Below are positions 40,044 to 51,260 of a DNA stretch of 64,000 nucleotides, piece after piece (the stretch's first letter is position 1; every line of letters starts with the position of its first letter). Origin of the DNA: Scyliorhinus canicula. Lineage: Eukaryota. The stretch covers positions 9,100,744 to 9,164,743 of the forward strand of contig NC_052170.1 in the NCBI RefSeq assembly GCF_902713615.1, in the 5' to 3' direction. The translations under genes and the position numbers were made by a program. The notes under the pieces were generated by a model. The model saw only the letters and a program-made list of their open reading frames with translations, searched no databases and was not told the origin of the DNA.

Positions 40044-40172
40044 TGCGAGACACCCTTGATGGATTCTCACTACTGGTCGAACTGTGATCTGAATGATGTC
40101 CTTTTGCTTTCTCCAGCAGTAAAAGGATTGATATCAATGGATGAGCAGCCTTAAAGCAGTTGCCAAGGCCAA
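40044..40172 (-). CDS. STPR gene exon 4 (GLGNCFKAAHPLISILLLLEKAKGHHSDHSSTSSENPSRVSR)
   Basis: cctttgcag| acceptor, |gtaagc donor, 129 nt, phase 1->1, open in the required frame. 100-nt intron to exon 5. Confidence 0.6.
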
Positions 40173-40726
40173 CTGCAAAGGATTACTGGAAGATTTGGCA
40201 CTCTGTTTATTAATTTTGCACCTTTGCGGTGTAAATAAAAGCGGCAGTTCTGATGACGCCACGAGGAATTGGTTGTCACCACCAATCAGTTCAACAAGGG
40301 AAAGATGGGGATAAACAAAATGACAAAAAGGTTTCTAATTCTTTGCAATTGCCCATTTGCAAAATAGTTCCTAATGGCAAATCTTCTACTTTAAGAATAC
40401 ATCGCAAAATTATAATAACTCATCAGAGTATATAGAATTCTGATTCCGATCTGGTTGTACCCTGAAACCCAAATCTTACTGAATATTCCCCTGGACTCCC
40501 TGCCCGCAACACGTGGCATATTTCTTTTAAAAATAGTGCCTCTGCCCCCCCCTAACTTCCCCAGCTCTTGCCGGGTATGGTTCTATGGTTGCTAGTAGTT
40601 CTCCAATACTCCACCCAAACGGCTACCAATTCTTCGTTGTGAGCCCAGGCAGCCAGCAGCCCGCTTGGCCACGGGAAGCATCACAGTCGAACCCAATCAT
40701 GTCCTGTCCTGTCTGGTGTTCTGTAC

Positions 40727-40789
40727 CTTGGGTGAAGCACTGAAGAGCCACAGGCAGTTGTGGAGCCATACCCCAGCAGGAGTCATCAC
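40727..40789 (-). CDS. STPR gene exon 3 (DDSCWGMAPQLPVALQCFTQ)
   Basis: Strong acceptor ttttctccctgccttctctgcag|, donor AAG|gtacag, 63 nt, phase 1->1, open. Confidence 0.5.
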
Positions 40790-41125
40790 CTGCAGAGAAG
40801 GCAGGGAGAAAAGCGAGGGGACAAAGTTTAAAAACACATGTGCCATTCAACATCGTCTCCCACAAGCTGTCAATTTCTACTGCTCCCAAACCTCAGGCCC
40901 TGTACCCTTCTTCCTTGTACCGACCTCTGACCTAGGTGTATCATGTGCCGTAGCTAGGCAACAAAAGGGCAGAAGAATCTGAATGGCTCAATAAAATTTA
41001 TTGCCTCTATAATAAAGCCTAAACATTTTATTAGTTATGAAAAACATATGGATAAATTGACAGGTAGCTAAAATCGGTGATTTCTAACACTGATCGCATG
41101 CGTTAAGAAATCAAATTCCACAAAT

Positions 41126-41360
41126 AGTCACTGCCTGTGTGGAGTCTGCACATTCTCCCCATGTCTGCGTGGGTTTCCTCCGGATTCCTCCCACAAGTCC
41201 CGAAAGACGTGCTTGTTAGGTGAATTGGACATTCTGAATTCTCCCTCTGTGTACCCGAACAGGCGCCGGAATGTGGCGATGAGGGGATTTTCACAGTAAC
41301 CTCATTGCAGTGTTAATGTAAGCCTATGTATTATAATAATAATAATCTTTATTGTCAAAA
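41126..41360 (+). mobile_element. 5'-truncated V-SINE with tail X
   Basis: V-domain plus gaattctccctctgtgtacccgaacagg..cacagtaac tail. Confidence 0.88.
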
Positions 41361-41864
41361 GTTTGTGGCTCACTACCAACCTTTATTCTCCATTAATTTA
41401 GTTTCCAACACATTTCCTCCATTAGTGGAATCCCACGTCTGTGCAATTTCGTGATTTAATCCAATTACCTAGTTTTCAAAACACTGCAACATAATTACCA
41501 GGAGGTCCTCTTGCTCAATGCTCTTTCCCACAATATTCTCCAGAAACCAGCACAGACACAAATGGACCAAATGGCCTTCTTCTGTGCTGTAACCATTTTA
41601 TGGTTCTTACTGGGGGAAAATCCCAATGGTAACATCTTTCTTCCAACACCCAAATGGCCATTCACCAAAGTCATGAGACAGCGAGTGTCAGCAGGCTATT
41701 TGACTGAAAGGGCATCACAGTCGAACTCCAAACACACTTCGAGCAGGCATCACCTTGTAGCAACCTCCGGCGAGGGAACCCCGGTTGCCTTTCCCACTTC
41801 CCAACTCCGGGCGCCCGGAACAATTGTCACATCTCAGTCGATGCCAGCAAATAAACTTTTTTAA

Positions 41865-42070
41865 AAATAAACTTAGAGTACCCAATTCATTTTTTCCAAT
41901 TAAGGGGCATTTTAGCATGACCATAGCACATCTTTGGGTTGTGGGGGCGAAACCCACGTAAACACGGGGAGAATGTGCAAAACGTCACACGGACAGTGAC
42001 CCAGAGCTGGGATCGAACCTGGGACTCAGTGCCGTGAGACAGCAGTGCTATCCACTGCGCCACCGTGCTG
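41865..42070 (-). mobile_element. HE1/V-SINE, short-tail subtype
   Basis: Reverse head and V-domain. Confidence 0.88.
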
Positions 42071-42153
42071 CTGCCAGCAAAGAAACTGAACAGGGGATCT
42101 TCAACTGGAGGAGCACCGAATAAAATTCCTTCAAAACCAAGTGGCACAAATAT

Positions 42154-42460
42154 AGGGCAGCATGGTAGCACAGTGGTTAGCACTATTGCTTCACAGCGCC
42201 AGGGACTCGTGTTCAATTCCCAGCTTGGGTCACTGTCTGTGCGGTGTCTGCACGTTCTCTCCGTGTCTGCATGGGTTTCCTGCGGGTGCTCCGGTTTCCT
42301 CCCACCAGTCCCGAAAGGCGTGCTTGTTAGGTGAATTGGACATTCCGAATTCTCCCTCTGTGTACCCGAACAGGCGGCAGAATGTGGCGACGAGGGGCTT
42401 TTAACAGTAACTTCAATGCAATGTTAATGTAAGCCTACTTGTGACAATAATAAAAATTAC
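42154..42460 (+). mobile_element. Full V-SINE with tail X
   Basis: HE1 head, V-domain and tail ..aagcctacttgtgacaataa. Confidence 0.9.
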
Positions 42461-42674
42461 TATCCATCCTTTTAAAAAAAAGTGCATGAAAATTTCAATC
42501 AGCAGCTCCAAATTTTTGTATATTTTGCTTCTCACATATTGTCACTATTCTCTCTAATCTATGCTCACAGAATGATACACGTCATATTTATTGTTCTTTT
42601 TCTAGCTCCAAATCAGCTTGCTGGGGCCAAAGGTTCATTATTACTTCAAATATTTTTTACATATGGTCACATTC

Positions 42675-43065
42675 AAAGAACAAAGAAAAGTACAACACAG
42701 GAACAGGACCGGCCCTCCAAGCCTGTGCCCTCCATGCTGCCCGTCTAACCCAAAACCTTCTGCACTTCCGGTGTCCGTATCCCTCTATTTCCATCCTATT
42801 CACGTATTTATCAAGATGTTCCTTAAACTTCATATCGTCCCTGCTTCCACCACCTCCTCCGGTAGCGAGTTCCAGGCACCCAGTACCCTCTTGTGTAAAA
42901 GACTTGCCTTGTACATCTCTTCTAAACTTTGCCCCTCACACCTTAAATCTATGTCCCCTAGTAATTGACCCTTCCACCCTGGGAAAAAGCTTCTGCCTAT
43001 CCACTCTGTTCATGCCCCTCCTAGTTTTGTAGACTTCTATCAGGTCACCCCTCAACCTCGTGTCG
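42675..43065 (-). mobile_element. CR1 LINE 3' fragment
   Basis: Reverse RLRGDLIEVYK...GAWNSLP and tail. Confidence 0.85.
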
Positions 43066-43400
43066 TTCCATTCATCAGGCAAGGTTTGGTGTCCATCACC
43101 AATTTTCAAGAAAGAAAAAAATTACTTCTACAAAGTGTTTAGCAAAATGTGCACCGGGAAACCAAATTCTCAAGAATTCTGTATTTGTTCACGAATAAAA
43201 ACATTCTTTCACATGAGCATGATTTCCTTTGGGTACTGCGGTCTTTTGTCAATTTCTGCACTTGCGGGTAATCCGTTAACATTCGTAGAGAATAGAAAAT
43301 CACAAGTTCTACACCTCGCACCAAAATAGAATCAGCTATTTCTATGCCTTTGCTTATTTGAAACACTGACTACAGCTGTTAGATATTTTTGAAGTCTTAC

Positions 43401-43440
43401 CACAAAGAAAAGGATGTCCATTCGAAGACAGTTCATTCAT
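43401..43440 (-). CDS. STPR gene exon 2, coding part (MNELSSNGHPFLC); whole exon 43401-43464
   Basis: ttttctttgtag| acceptor, GTG|gtaaga donor, ATG at 43440 with A at -3, phase 1 out. Paralogous to exon 5. Confidence 0.6.
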
Positions 43441-43699
43441 AGTTCTTCGGGGATAATCCTGTCTCTACAAAGAAAACCTCTTTAATATTACCTCTCACAA
43501 CACAAGCGTCTCCATGTTAAAATAAAGCATTTTAAATCAAAACAATCACGTTCTACATCGATATGTTACGTCTGCAAGAGGGGGAAATCCTGCTCAGGTC
43601 ATAGCCTTTGGATGGTGTACTGGAGCTACACTTCAAGGAGCTCCTACACTGGTTTTGTGAAGATCTTTGGGACATCCTGAGGTTGAGAACGACAACTAC

Positions 43700-44560
43700 A
43701 TCAAGAACTTGCATATATAGTGCGTTTTGACGACCCAGGCACTACACAGGAGCCTCACCAACTAACACTTGACTCAGAGGCACACAAGGAGGTGTCGGGG
43801 TCAAAACGTGGTCAGAGGTAGGTTTTCAGGACCGTCCTAAAGGAGGTGGAGAGAGTGGAAGAGCGTGAAGACTTGGCAGCCGAAGGTACTGCCGCCCATG
43901 CTGGAGCTATTAAAATCGGGGATGTTTATGCAACCAGAACCAGCGGAACGCAGAGACGTCAGAGGACTGTGAGAGGTTACAAAGATATAGAGGGGCAAGG
44001 CAATAGAAGGATTCGAAAACAAGGATGAGAATTTTAAGATTGACGCAATTCTTGACCAGACGTTAATGTAAGTCAGCAAGCCATGGGGTGGTGGGTGAAG
44101 AGGAATTGGTGAGAGATAGGATTTGGGCTGCAGAGAGAGCAGCCAGAAGTGCAGTGGAATAATCGCATTTAGCGGCAACAAGGATATGGATGAGTATTCA
44201 GCAACAGTCAGGGCAATGTTACAGGGGGAGAAGTAGGCAACACGATGGAGTGGGCACACGGTCGGAAGCTCATCTCGGTATCATCAAGGTCGCAAACAGT
44301 CTGGTTCAGCTCAGGCAGTTGCTCGGAGGTAAGGGCTGGAGTTTGCGCTTGGGGAATGGAGTTTGAAGCACGGACAAAGATAGCGGTTTCGGCCAGCCCA
44401 AAATTGAGTTGGAAGAGATTTCTGCTCATTCAATACGAAGGACAATTTAGGGTTAGTGGAGGGGTCAGGACGGCTGGCTATGAGGCGAGACTGGGTCTCC
44501 TTGTATATGTTGTGTTGTCAGATGATGTTGCCAAGAAACCGTGTACATGAGAAGCTACGA
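43700..44560 (-). mobile_element. Old L2-like LINE remnant (smaller pieces ~2500-2930, 6920-7120, 8475-8700, 15850-16000)
   Basis: MSRNLFQLNFG / MSRSFLQLNVGKTE and ILKFSSLFSNPS-type L2 ORF2-end remnants. Confidence 0.6.
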
Positions 44561-44749
44561 TAGGTAACAGATACAAGTTATAATGCACAATGTATTACGC
44601 TGCTACCACAGTGCAGATCTCACATTCCAAGGCTAAATTCATATTATTATTATTAAAGTAAACATCGCATTGGATGTCACAGACTTGCATTACCATTTGA
44701 CAAGGAAATTTATTGGAAAATGGTTATCAATTCGGGGCTCCAGGTCAGA

Positions 44750-45340
44750 TGCATTAAGCCGCAACTCCACCGTCCTGCCCGTTCTCCATAAACCTTCAAC
44801 CCATTACCAATTAAAATCTGTCTAACTCCTCCTTACACTTACTCACTGTCTCGAGTAGCAAACTAGTCAGATTCACAACCCTTTGGGAGAAGCAATTTCT
44901 CCTCAACTCGGTTTGAAATTTGTTACCGCTTATTCTGAGATTATGGCCTCTCGTTCTAAAATGCCCCACAGCAGGAAGCATCCGCTCCACGTCTACTTCA
45001 GCCATACCTTTCATACCTCAATTTGAACTCCCCTCATTCTTCTAAACTCCAGAGAGAGTCGGCCTAAACTTTTCAATCTCGCCTCATACAACAAACCTTT
45101 CATCTCTTCAATCAGCCCAGTGAACCTCCTCTGAACTGCCTCCAATGCCACTACATCTATCCTCAAATAAGGGGACCGAAACTGTGCACAATACTCCAGG
45201 TGTGGTCTCACCAATGCATTGTACAGTTGCAACAACACTTCCTTACCTTTATGCTCTATTTCTTTAGCTATAAATGCCAACATTCCATTCGCTTTCTTTA
45301 TTATCTGCCGTACCGACATGCTAGTTTTCTGTGACTCGTC
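44750..45340 (-). mobile_element. CR1 LINE 3' fragment
   Basis: KKANGMLAFI..LVRPHLEYC..QRRFT. Confidence 0.9.
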
Positions 45341-45469
45341 TAGGACAGCTTGACTTAGGCACTGTAGGGTAGTTGGCACCCTGTGGAAGACCTGTATCTC
45401 AGAATTGGCAATTTTAGGAGAGGTAGAGAGAAAAATGGAAATAAAAGACACTCACTATGATGAGACCTA

Positions 45470-45688
45470 GGCGGCACGGTGGCGCAGTGGTTAGCATTGT
45501 TGCCTCACAGCGCCACGGACCCGGCTTCGATCCCGGCCCCGGGTCACTGTCCGTGTGGAGTTTGCAGATTCTCCCCGTTTCTGTATGGGTCTCGCACCCA
45601 AAGGTGTGTAGACTAGGTGGATTGGCCACGCTAAATTGCCCCTTAACTGGAAAAAATAATTGGGTACTCTAAATCTATTTTTAAAAAA
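45470..45688 (+). mobile_element. HE1/V-SINE, short-tail subtype
   Basis: Head and V-domain. Confidence 0.9.
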
Positions 45689-46127
45689 TCATGGTGAGTC
45701 CTGGGCCTGCGGTGCATTTAATTAAAGAACCAATAGGCCAAATGGCCTCTTTTTGTCCCCTAACTATTCTGTAATTAAATCATTCATGATATCTTTGTAT
45801 AAATATTCTGACAAGTTAAAACAAGGAAACATTGTTATGGGGAAACAGATCACAAGATACATATGGTGATGAAAGACCAGTGGGAAAGATGTTCAAATCA
45901 TCCATCACAGCATGCAACCAGTTCTTAAATGATTCTAAAGTTATCAGCACTACTAACTACTTGGAAGTATTGATCACTGTGTAAAGGTGACTTCAGACCT
46001 ATACATGCATTTGGCGACTGTTACCCGTTGATCTCATTATCACGGTTTATATTTATCTGGAGAAATAACACATTCCTGACAATACGATTAAAAAATAATT
46101 TGTAATTGGACAAAGATGTGACATATA

Positions 46128-46262
46128 GGGCACGGTAGCACAGTGGTTAGGACTATGGCTTCACAGCGCCAGGGTCCCGGGTTCGATTCCCGTCTTGGGT
46201 CACTGTCTGTGTGGAGTCTGCACGTTCTCCCCGTGTCTGTGAGGGTTTCCTTCGGTTTCCAC
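46128..46262 (+). mobile_element. HE1 SINE 5' half
   Basis: Head and partial V-domain, truncated by other repeats. Confidence 0.85.
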
Positions 46263-46369
46263 TGTTATGGGCCAGGGTTTGGAGAACCCCAAAGTGTATC
46301 ATGGAGTTCACCCGACCCACAACTTTTAATGGATTGTGGTATGGGGAGCACATGGTCCACTCTACAGGA

Positions 46370-47063
46370 CACTCATGAGGCTTAAACGTTGCAGCTGCAC
46401 ATACACATTACAATCCCCACAGACTCATCCAAGCCAACAAGATTGCACTGGTTGTGGAGTGCGCCCATACAGCTGATGAGTCGGCGGGGGCCAGAGGGCA
46501 CCTGGGGGGGGTGGCCTGGGGAGACACCTATATGACTCGTGGCCCTATGTTCACAGTGGGCAGTCAGCGGCGTGCACACCTGCATGGCTGCCTTTCCGGC
46601 TGCAACAATGGTGTTCCATGCCCGTCCATCCTGACCCCACCGCCCACCTTCTGGCACCCCCCTCTACTCCCCCAGCCCTGGCAGAAGCCCCCCGGCCAAC
46701 AGCACAGCTGTCAGCAAACTATGGTCATGTTGGACACTTTCCGTACCCCCTCTCTCTCCCTCAGCAGCCATGACCCTGGTTTCACAATTTTTGAAAGCAC
46801 AAGTGAACTCCGCCATCAGGAACTTGGCCCATCAGAGGCGTAGAATCGCAGACACCCTGGGGAATACCGGGTCAGGCCCGCTAACGATATGCAAACAGTG
46901 TTTACTGTAAGTGCGTTCCTGCCGCATTGACGTCGTTGTCGAGGCGACGGAGAATTGCGATTTGGCGTCAAATCAGCGGCCACCATAATTTTGGCATCAG
47001 AACCTATTCGCCACACAACCACGTTTTCCGATGTTATCGTCAACCAACAGAGAATCCCACCCG
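46370..47063. mobile_element. Partial GC-rich Harbinger-like element (one end)
   Basis: Ends in gagaatcccaccc, like the 54910 and 29770 termini. Confidence 0.5.
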
Positions 47064-47350
47064 TAATACGTCACCATGCGTTCATCAATCTCACAGATAA
47101 AGAGATATAGATTTCACTTTGCATTATGAAAATGGGGGGGGGGGGGGGGGGGGAGAAGAGAGTTGGCAGGCACTTCAGGAGCAGATCAGAGGAATGGAAG
47201 AATTATTGAGAAAGCTGATGAGCGTAAGGGAGGAGACACCAGGGGGTCTCAGAACAATCATGTTAGCCTCCCCCAGTCTGCACTTTGGACAAAGGAGTAT
47301 AGAGTATTGCTGTTTGTTTTTAAAGAGTGGAAAAGCAGACCCTGAAATTT

Positions 47351-48090
47351 AAAGAACAAAGAAAATTACAGCACAGGAACAGGCCCTTCAGTCCTCCCAG
47401 CCTGCGCCGATCCAGATCCTGTATCTAAGCCTGTCACCTATTTTCCAAGAATCTACTTCCCTCTGTTCTCTGCCCGTTCATATATCTGTCTAGATGCATC
47501 TTAAATGATGCTATCGTGCCCACCTCTACCACCTCCGCTGGCAAAGCTTTCCAGGCACCCACCACCCTCTGCGTAAAAAACTTTCCACGCACATCTCCCT
47601 CAAACTTTCCCCCTCTCACCTTGAAATCGTGACCTCTTGTAATTGACACTCCCAATCTTGGAAAAGGCTTGTTGCTATCCACGCTGTCCATACCTCTCAT
47701 AATTTTGTAGGCCTCAATCAGGTCCCCCCTCAACCTCCGTCTTTCCAACGAAAACAATCCTAATCTACTCAACCTTTAGCACCCTCCATACCAGGCAATG
47801 TCCTGGCAAACCTCCTCTGCACCCTCTCTAAAGCATCCACCTCCTTCTGGTAATGTGGCGACCAGAACTGCACGCAATATTCCAAATGTGGCCTAACCAA
47901 AGTCCAATACAACTGTAACATGACCTGCCGACTCTTGTACTCAATACCCCGTCCGATGAAGGCTAGCATGCTGTATGCCTTCTTGACCACTCTATCGACC
48001 TACGTTGCCACCTTCAGGGTACAATGGACCTGAACTCCAAGATCTCTCTGGACATCAATTTTCCCCAGGACTCTTCCATTGACCGTATAG
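47351..48090 (-). mobile_element. CR1 LINE 3' fragment
   Basis: KKAYSMLAFIGRGIEYKS..RPHLEYC..RRRLRGDLIE; tail. Confidence 0.93.
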
Positions 48091-48258
48091 TCCTAAAGGA
48101 GGCCATTTGTTTCGAAGCGGAGTTGGAGGCACATTTGCTGAGGAGTGCTGCAGGGTGAAGCATCCTTTTTGCTCCCTCACTGGGCTGTGGTGAAAGTGTC
48201 AGCAGTGTTTTTGAGGAGGGGACAATAATAAGTGTTGAGGTTTCTGGAAGCATCTTAC

Positions 48259-48500
48259 CTGGGCAGCTCTGGGTTAAACTAGCTGCAGTTCAGCATCCCC
48301 ACCATCGCCCTCTTCACACCCCCCCCCCCCCCCCCTCAAACATAAGGGGAGGATTTAAAAATTGCTATCCAGTTATTTGGCTCTTTCTGGAGCGGAGAAC
48401 CAGCAAGGCCGCTGCTGCCGCTGGGCTCCAGCTGCCTCCAACACACAAATTCAGAGCAGGCGATCGGCGAGGGCGACTAAAAGCGGCGGGTCGACGCAGG
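48259..48500 (-). other. Predicted non-coding first exon of the STPR gene (5' end approximate)
   Basis: Strong donor CAG|gtaaga at 48259 leaving the CpG island. Spliced to exon 2, it puts an in-frame TAA upstream of the 43440 ATG. Confidence 0.55.
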
Positions 48501-49090
48501 CGCATGAGGGTGCCGGCGGGTTGGCGCAGGCGCATTCGGGCGGGGGAGGGGCTGACTTAGACCGACGCAGGCGCATTAGCGAACAGGGGCGAGGTTTAGA
48601 TCGACGCAGGCCCATTAAGCGGGAGTGTGGCTGGGGTTGACGCGAACGCTCTCGCGGGGTGGTGGGCGGGTAGCTGCCAGATTGACGCAAATGCATTAGC
48701 GGGTGGAGGGGAGGGGCGGTACAAGCGGGCAGGGGCGTGGCTTAGATCAACGCATGCGCATTATCGGGAAAGGTGCGGCTGCGAGACCGACGCATTAGCG
48801 GGCGGGGGGGAGGGGCCGCATTATCGGGAGGGGCGTGGCTTAGACTGCCGCAGGCGCATTAGCGGGAAGGGGCGTGGCTTAGACAGACGCATGCGCATTA
48901 GCGGAAAGGGGGCGTGGCTTAGACCGACGCAGGCGCATTATCGGTGTGTTGGTGGCGGGTTGGCGGTTAGTACGGAAGCCGCTACGGTCGGGATAAGGCG
49001 AAGGGTGAGGGATAAGAGGGAGAGCTGACACGGAGGACAATTCGGTGGTGTCGTTGTTTAAATACCCCCCCTTCAAAAGAACAAGGATGA
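48400..49090. promoter_or_regulatory. CpG-island bidirectional promoter (HOOK2 / STPR gene)
   Basis: Very high CpG density. Repeated NRF1-like CGCA[GT]GCGCA motifs, Sp/KLF GGGCGTGGC boxes and an ETS CGGAAG (~48973), between two divergent first exons. Confidence 0.85.
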
Positions 49091-49131
49091 GTTTGGATAA
49101 AGCCGAGCTGTGCGACAGCCTTTTGCTCTGG
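49087..49131 (+). CDS. HOOK2: HOOK2 coding exon 1 (MSLDKAELCDSLLLW)
   Basis: ATG at 49087, 45 nt, donor TGG|gtgaga. Closely matches the human HOOK2 N-terminus MSVDKAELCGSLLTW. Confidence 0.93.
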
Positions 49132-49235
49132 GTGAGATTTATAAGCGGCTCACTTGCCCCCCCCACAACTTGCCCGACTTTTACTCTTTAAAGAGGTCGA
49201 CACCGAGCCTCAGCTCAATGGGAGCCAAAAGAAAA

Positions 49236-49478
49236 AGCCCTGAGGGGGTCTGGGCCACCCTGAGGGGGGTCTGGGCCACCCTGAGGGAATCGGGGCCACC
49301 CTGAGGGAATCGGGGCCACCCTGAGGGAATCGGGGCCACCCTGAGAGGATCCGGGCCACCCTGAGGGATCCGGGCCACCCTGAGGGGGTCCGGGCCACCC
49401 AGAGGGGGTCCGGGCCACCCCGAGGGATCCAGGCCACCCCGAGGGGCTCGGGCCACCCTGAATGGTCCAGGCCACCCA
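49236..49478. repeat. ~19-20-bp GC-rich minisatellite (GGCCACCCTGAGGG core) in HOOK2 intron 1
   Basis: About 12 tandem units with the ggccaccc core. Confidence 0.93.
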
Positions 49479-50024
49479 GAGATAATGTTTTTTTCCAGGT
49501 GGCATCTCCCCTCCACCCCCTTCCTGGAAGACCTGACAGAGGGAGCAGGTTACCGGCTGCAGAGGGATTGGAGTGAAAACTCACAGTGACCGGCTGGCTG
49601 GCTGCAGGGTATAAACAGCCTGGAAAACAAGGAGGGATTCAGAGCAGAGTGGATGACATCCGCACCCCAGGACAAAGAAAGCAAGGACGTGCATTTGTGT
49701 AGCGCCTCTCGCGACCTCTGGGAATCCCAAAGTGCTTTACAGCCAATGGAGGAGTTCCTCCGCAAAGTGTCGTTGCTGGTCAGGGAAAACGCAGGTAGCT
49801 TATTGACCCACAGCAAGCTCTGGCGATGCGATAGCGATCCAGTCAATCTTGCGTTTTCTTTCTGAAGTGACTGAAGGATAAATATTGGCCAGAACACGCG
49901 GGCAATAAGTTTCTGGCATTTCTGAATAGCGGCTGCGGCGATACTTTGCGTTGCTAATGGAGCGGCGCGCCCTCGGCGCTGCACGGAGAGTGTCAACCTT
50001 GATCTTTTCTCTTAGTGGTCAAGG

Positions 50025-50450
50025 CAAAGGCTATGAGGGGAGGTTGAATACACATGGATTGTTTTCACTGGAAAGACAGAGGCTATGGGGAGACCTGATA
50101 GAGGTCTACAAAATGATGAGAGGCATAGACAGAGTGCATTGTCGGAGGCTTTCTCCAAGGGTGCCAGTGTCAATTTCAAGGGGCACAGGTTCAAGGTGAG
50201 AGGGGAAATGTTTAAGGGATGTGCGGGGTAGGTTTTTTTACATTGAGAGTGGTGGGGGCCTGGAACGTGCTGCCAGAGAATGTGGTGGAAGCAGGCACAT
50301 TAGCAACATTTACTCATCTGGATGGGTACATGAATTATGAGGAAATAGAGGGACCGAGTAAGGCAGAAGATATTTTTTCTAGGGAGGGCATCATGATCGG
50401 CACAGGCTTGTGCCGAAGGGCCTGTTCCCCTTCTGTACTTTTCTTTGATA
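50025..50450 (+). mobile_element. CR1 LINE 3' fragment
   Basis: GLFSLERQRLWGDLIEVYK; tail gccgaagggcctgtt. Confidence 0.85.
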
Positions 50451-50459
50451 GCGAGGCAG

Positions 50460-50945
50460 AGGAGTAATTCGTGGGCTCAGCACATTTGGCGGCATCTGTT
50501 GACAGATGGAGAACAATTCAAGTCTAATATGACTGTTCTTGTTCCACTCAATAACTCTCTTGTTCCTTGCTCTCCACAAATGCTGCTGGACCTGCTGAGC
50601 TTTTCCAGCATGTTGTTTTTACTGCTGATCTCCAGCATCTGCAGTATTTTGCTTTTATCCTTCCTGGGTTCCTTTAACCTCTGGGGATATACTGTCTCGT
50701 TATAGGCCCTCCAATTCCCACACCTATCTGGATTATACTTTGCACACGCACCACTTCTTGTAAAAACTCAGTTCCCTTTTCCCAGTTTCTCCCTTCCATG
50801 GTAGAACTCCTGAAATTTCCGACTTTTCCCTCAATTGAGGGCTCTCTCCATCGAGACACTCGACAGTCTATCCTTCCACCCGCTCTCACCTCCCACGCAT
50901 TGTGATGAGGTCCAACAGTCCTTCGTTACCAGCCTCTGCATTCAG
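50460..50945 (+). mobile_element. Penelope-like remnant (terminal repeat plus decayed RT C-terminus)
   Basis: gatgctgc..gacctgctgag..ccagcat repeat (also ~10490-10570, 18420-18695, 35650-35790), followed by YLDYT..CKNSVPFSQFL-like coding remnant. Confidence 0.6.
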
Positions 50946-50947
50946 CT

Positions 50948-51260
50948 GGGCGACAAGGAAGCACAGTGGTTAGCACTGTTGCTTCACAGCTCCAGGGTCC
51001 CAGGTTCGATTCCCGGCTTGGGTCACTGTGCGGAGTCCGCACGTTCTCCCCTTGTCTGCGTGGGTCTCCTCCGGGTCCTCCGGTTTCCGCCCACAGTCCA
51101 AAGATGTGCAGGGTGGGTGGATTGGCCATGCTAAATTGCCCTTGGTGTCCAAAAAGGTGAGGTGGGGTTACTGGGTTCCGAGGATAGGGGGAGGTGTGGG
51201 CTTAAGGGCCAGTGCAGTCGATGGGCTGAATGGCCTCCTGCACTGTAAATTTTATGATTT
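50948..51260 (+). mobile_element. HE1 SINE
   Basis: Head, V-domain and CR1 tail. Confidence 0.9.
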
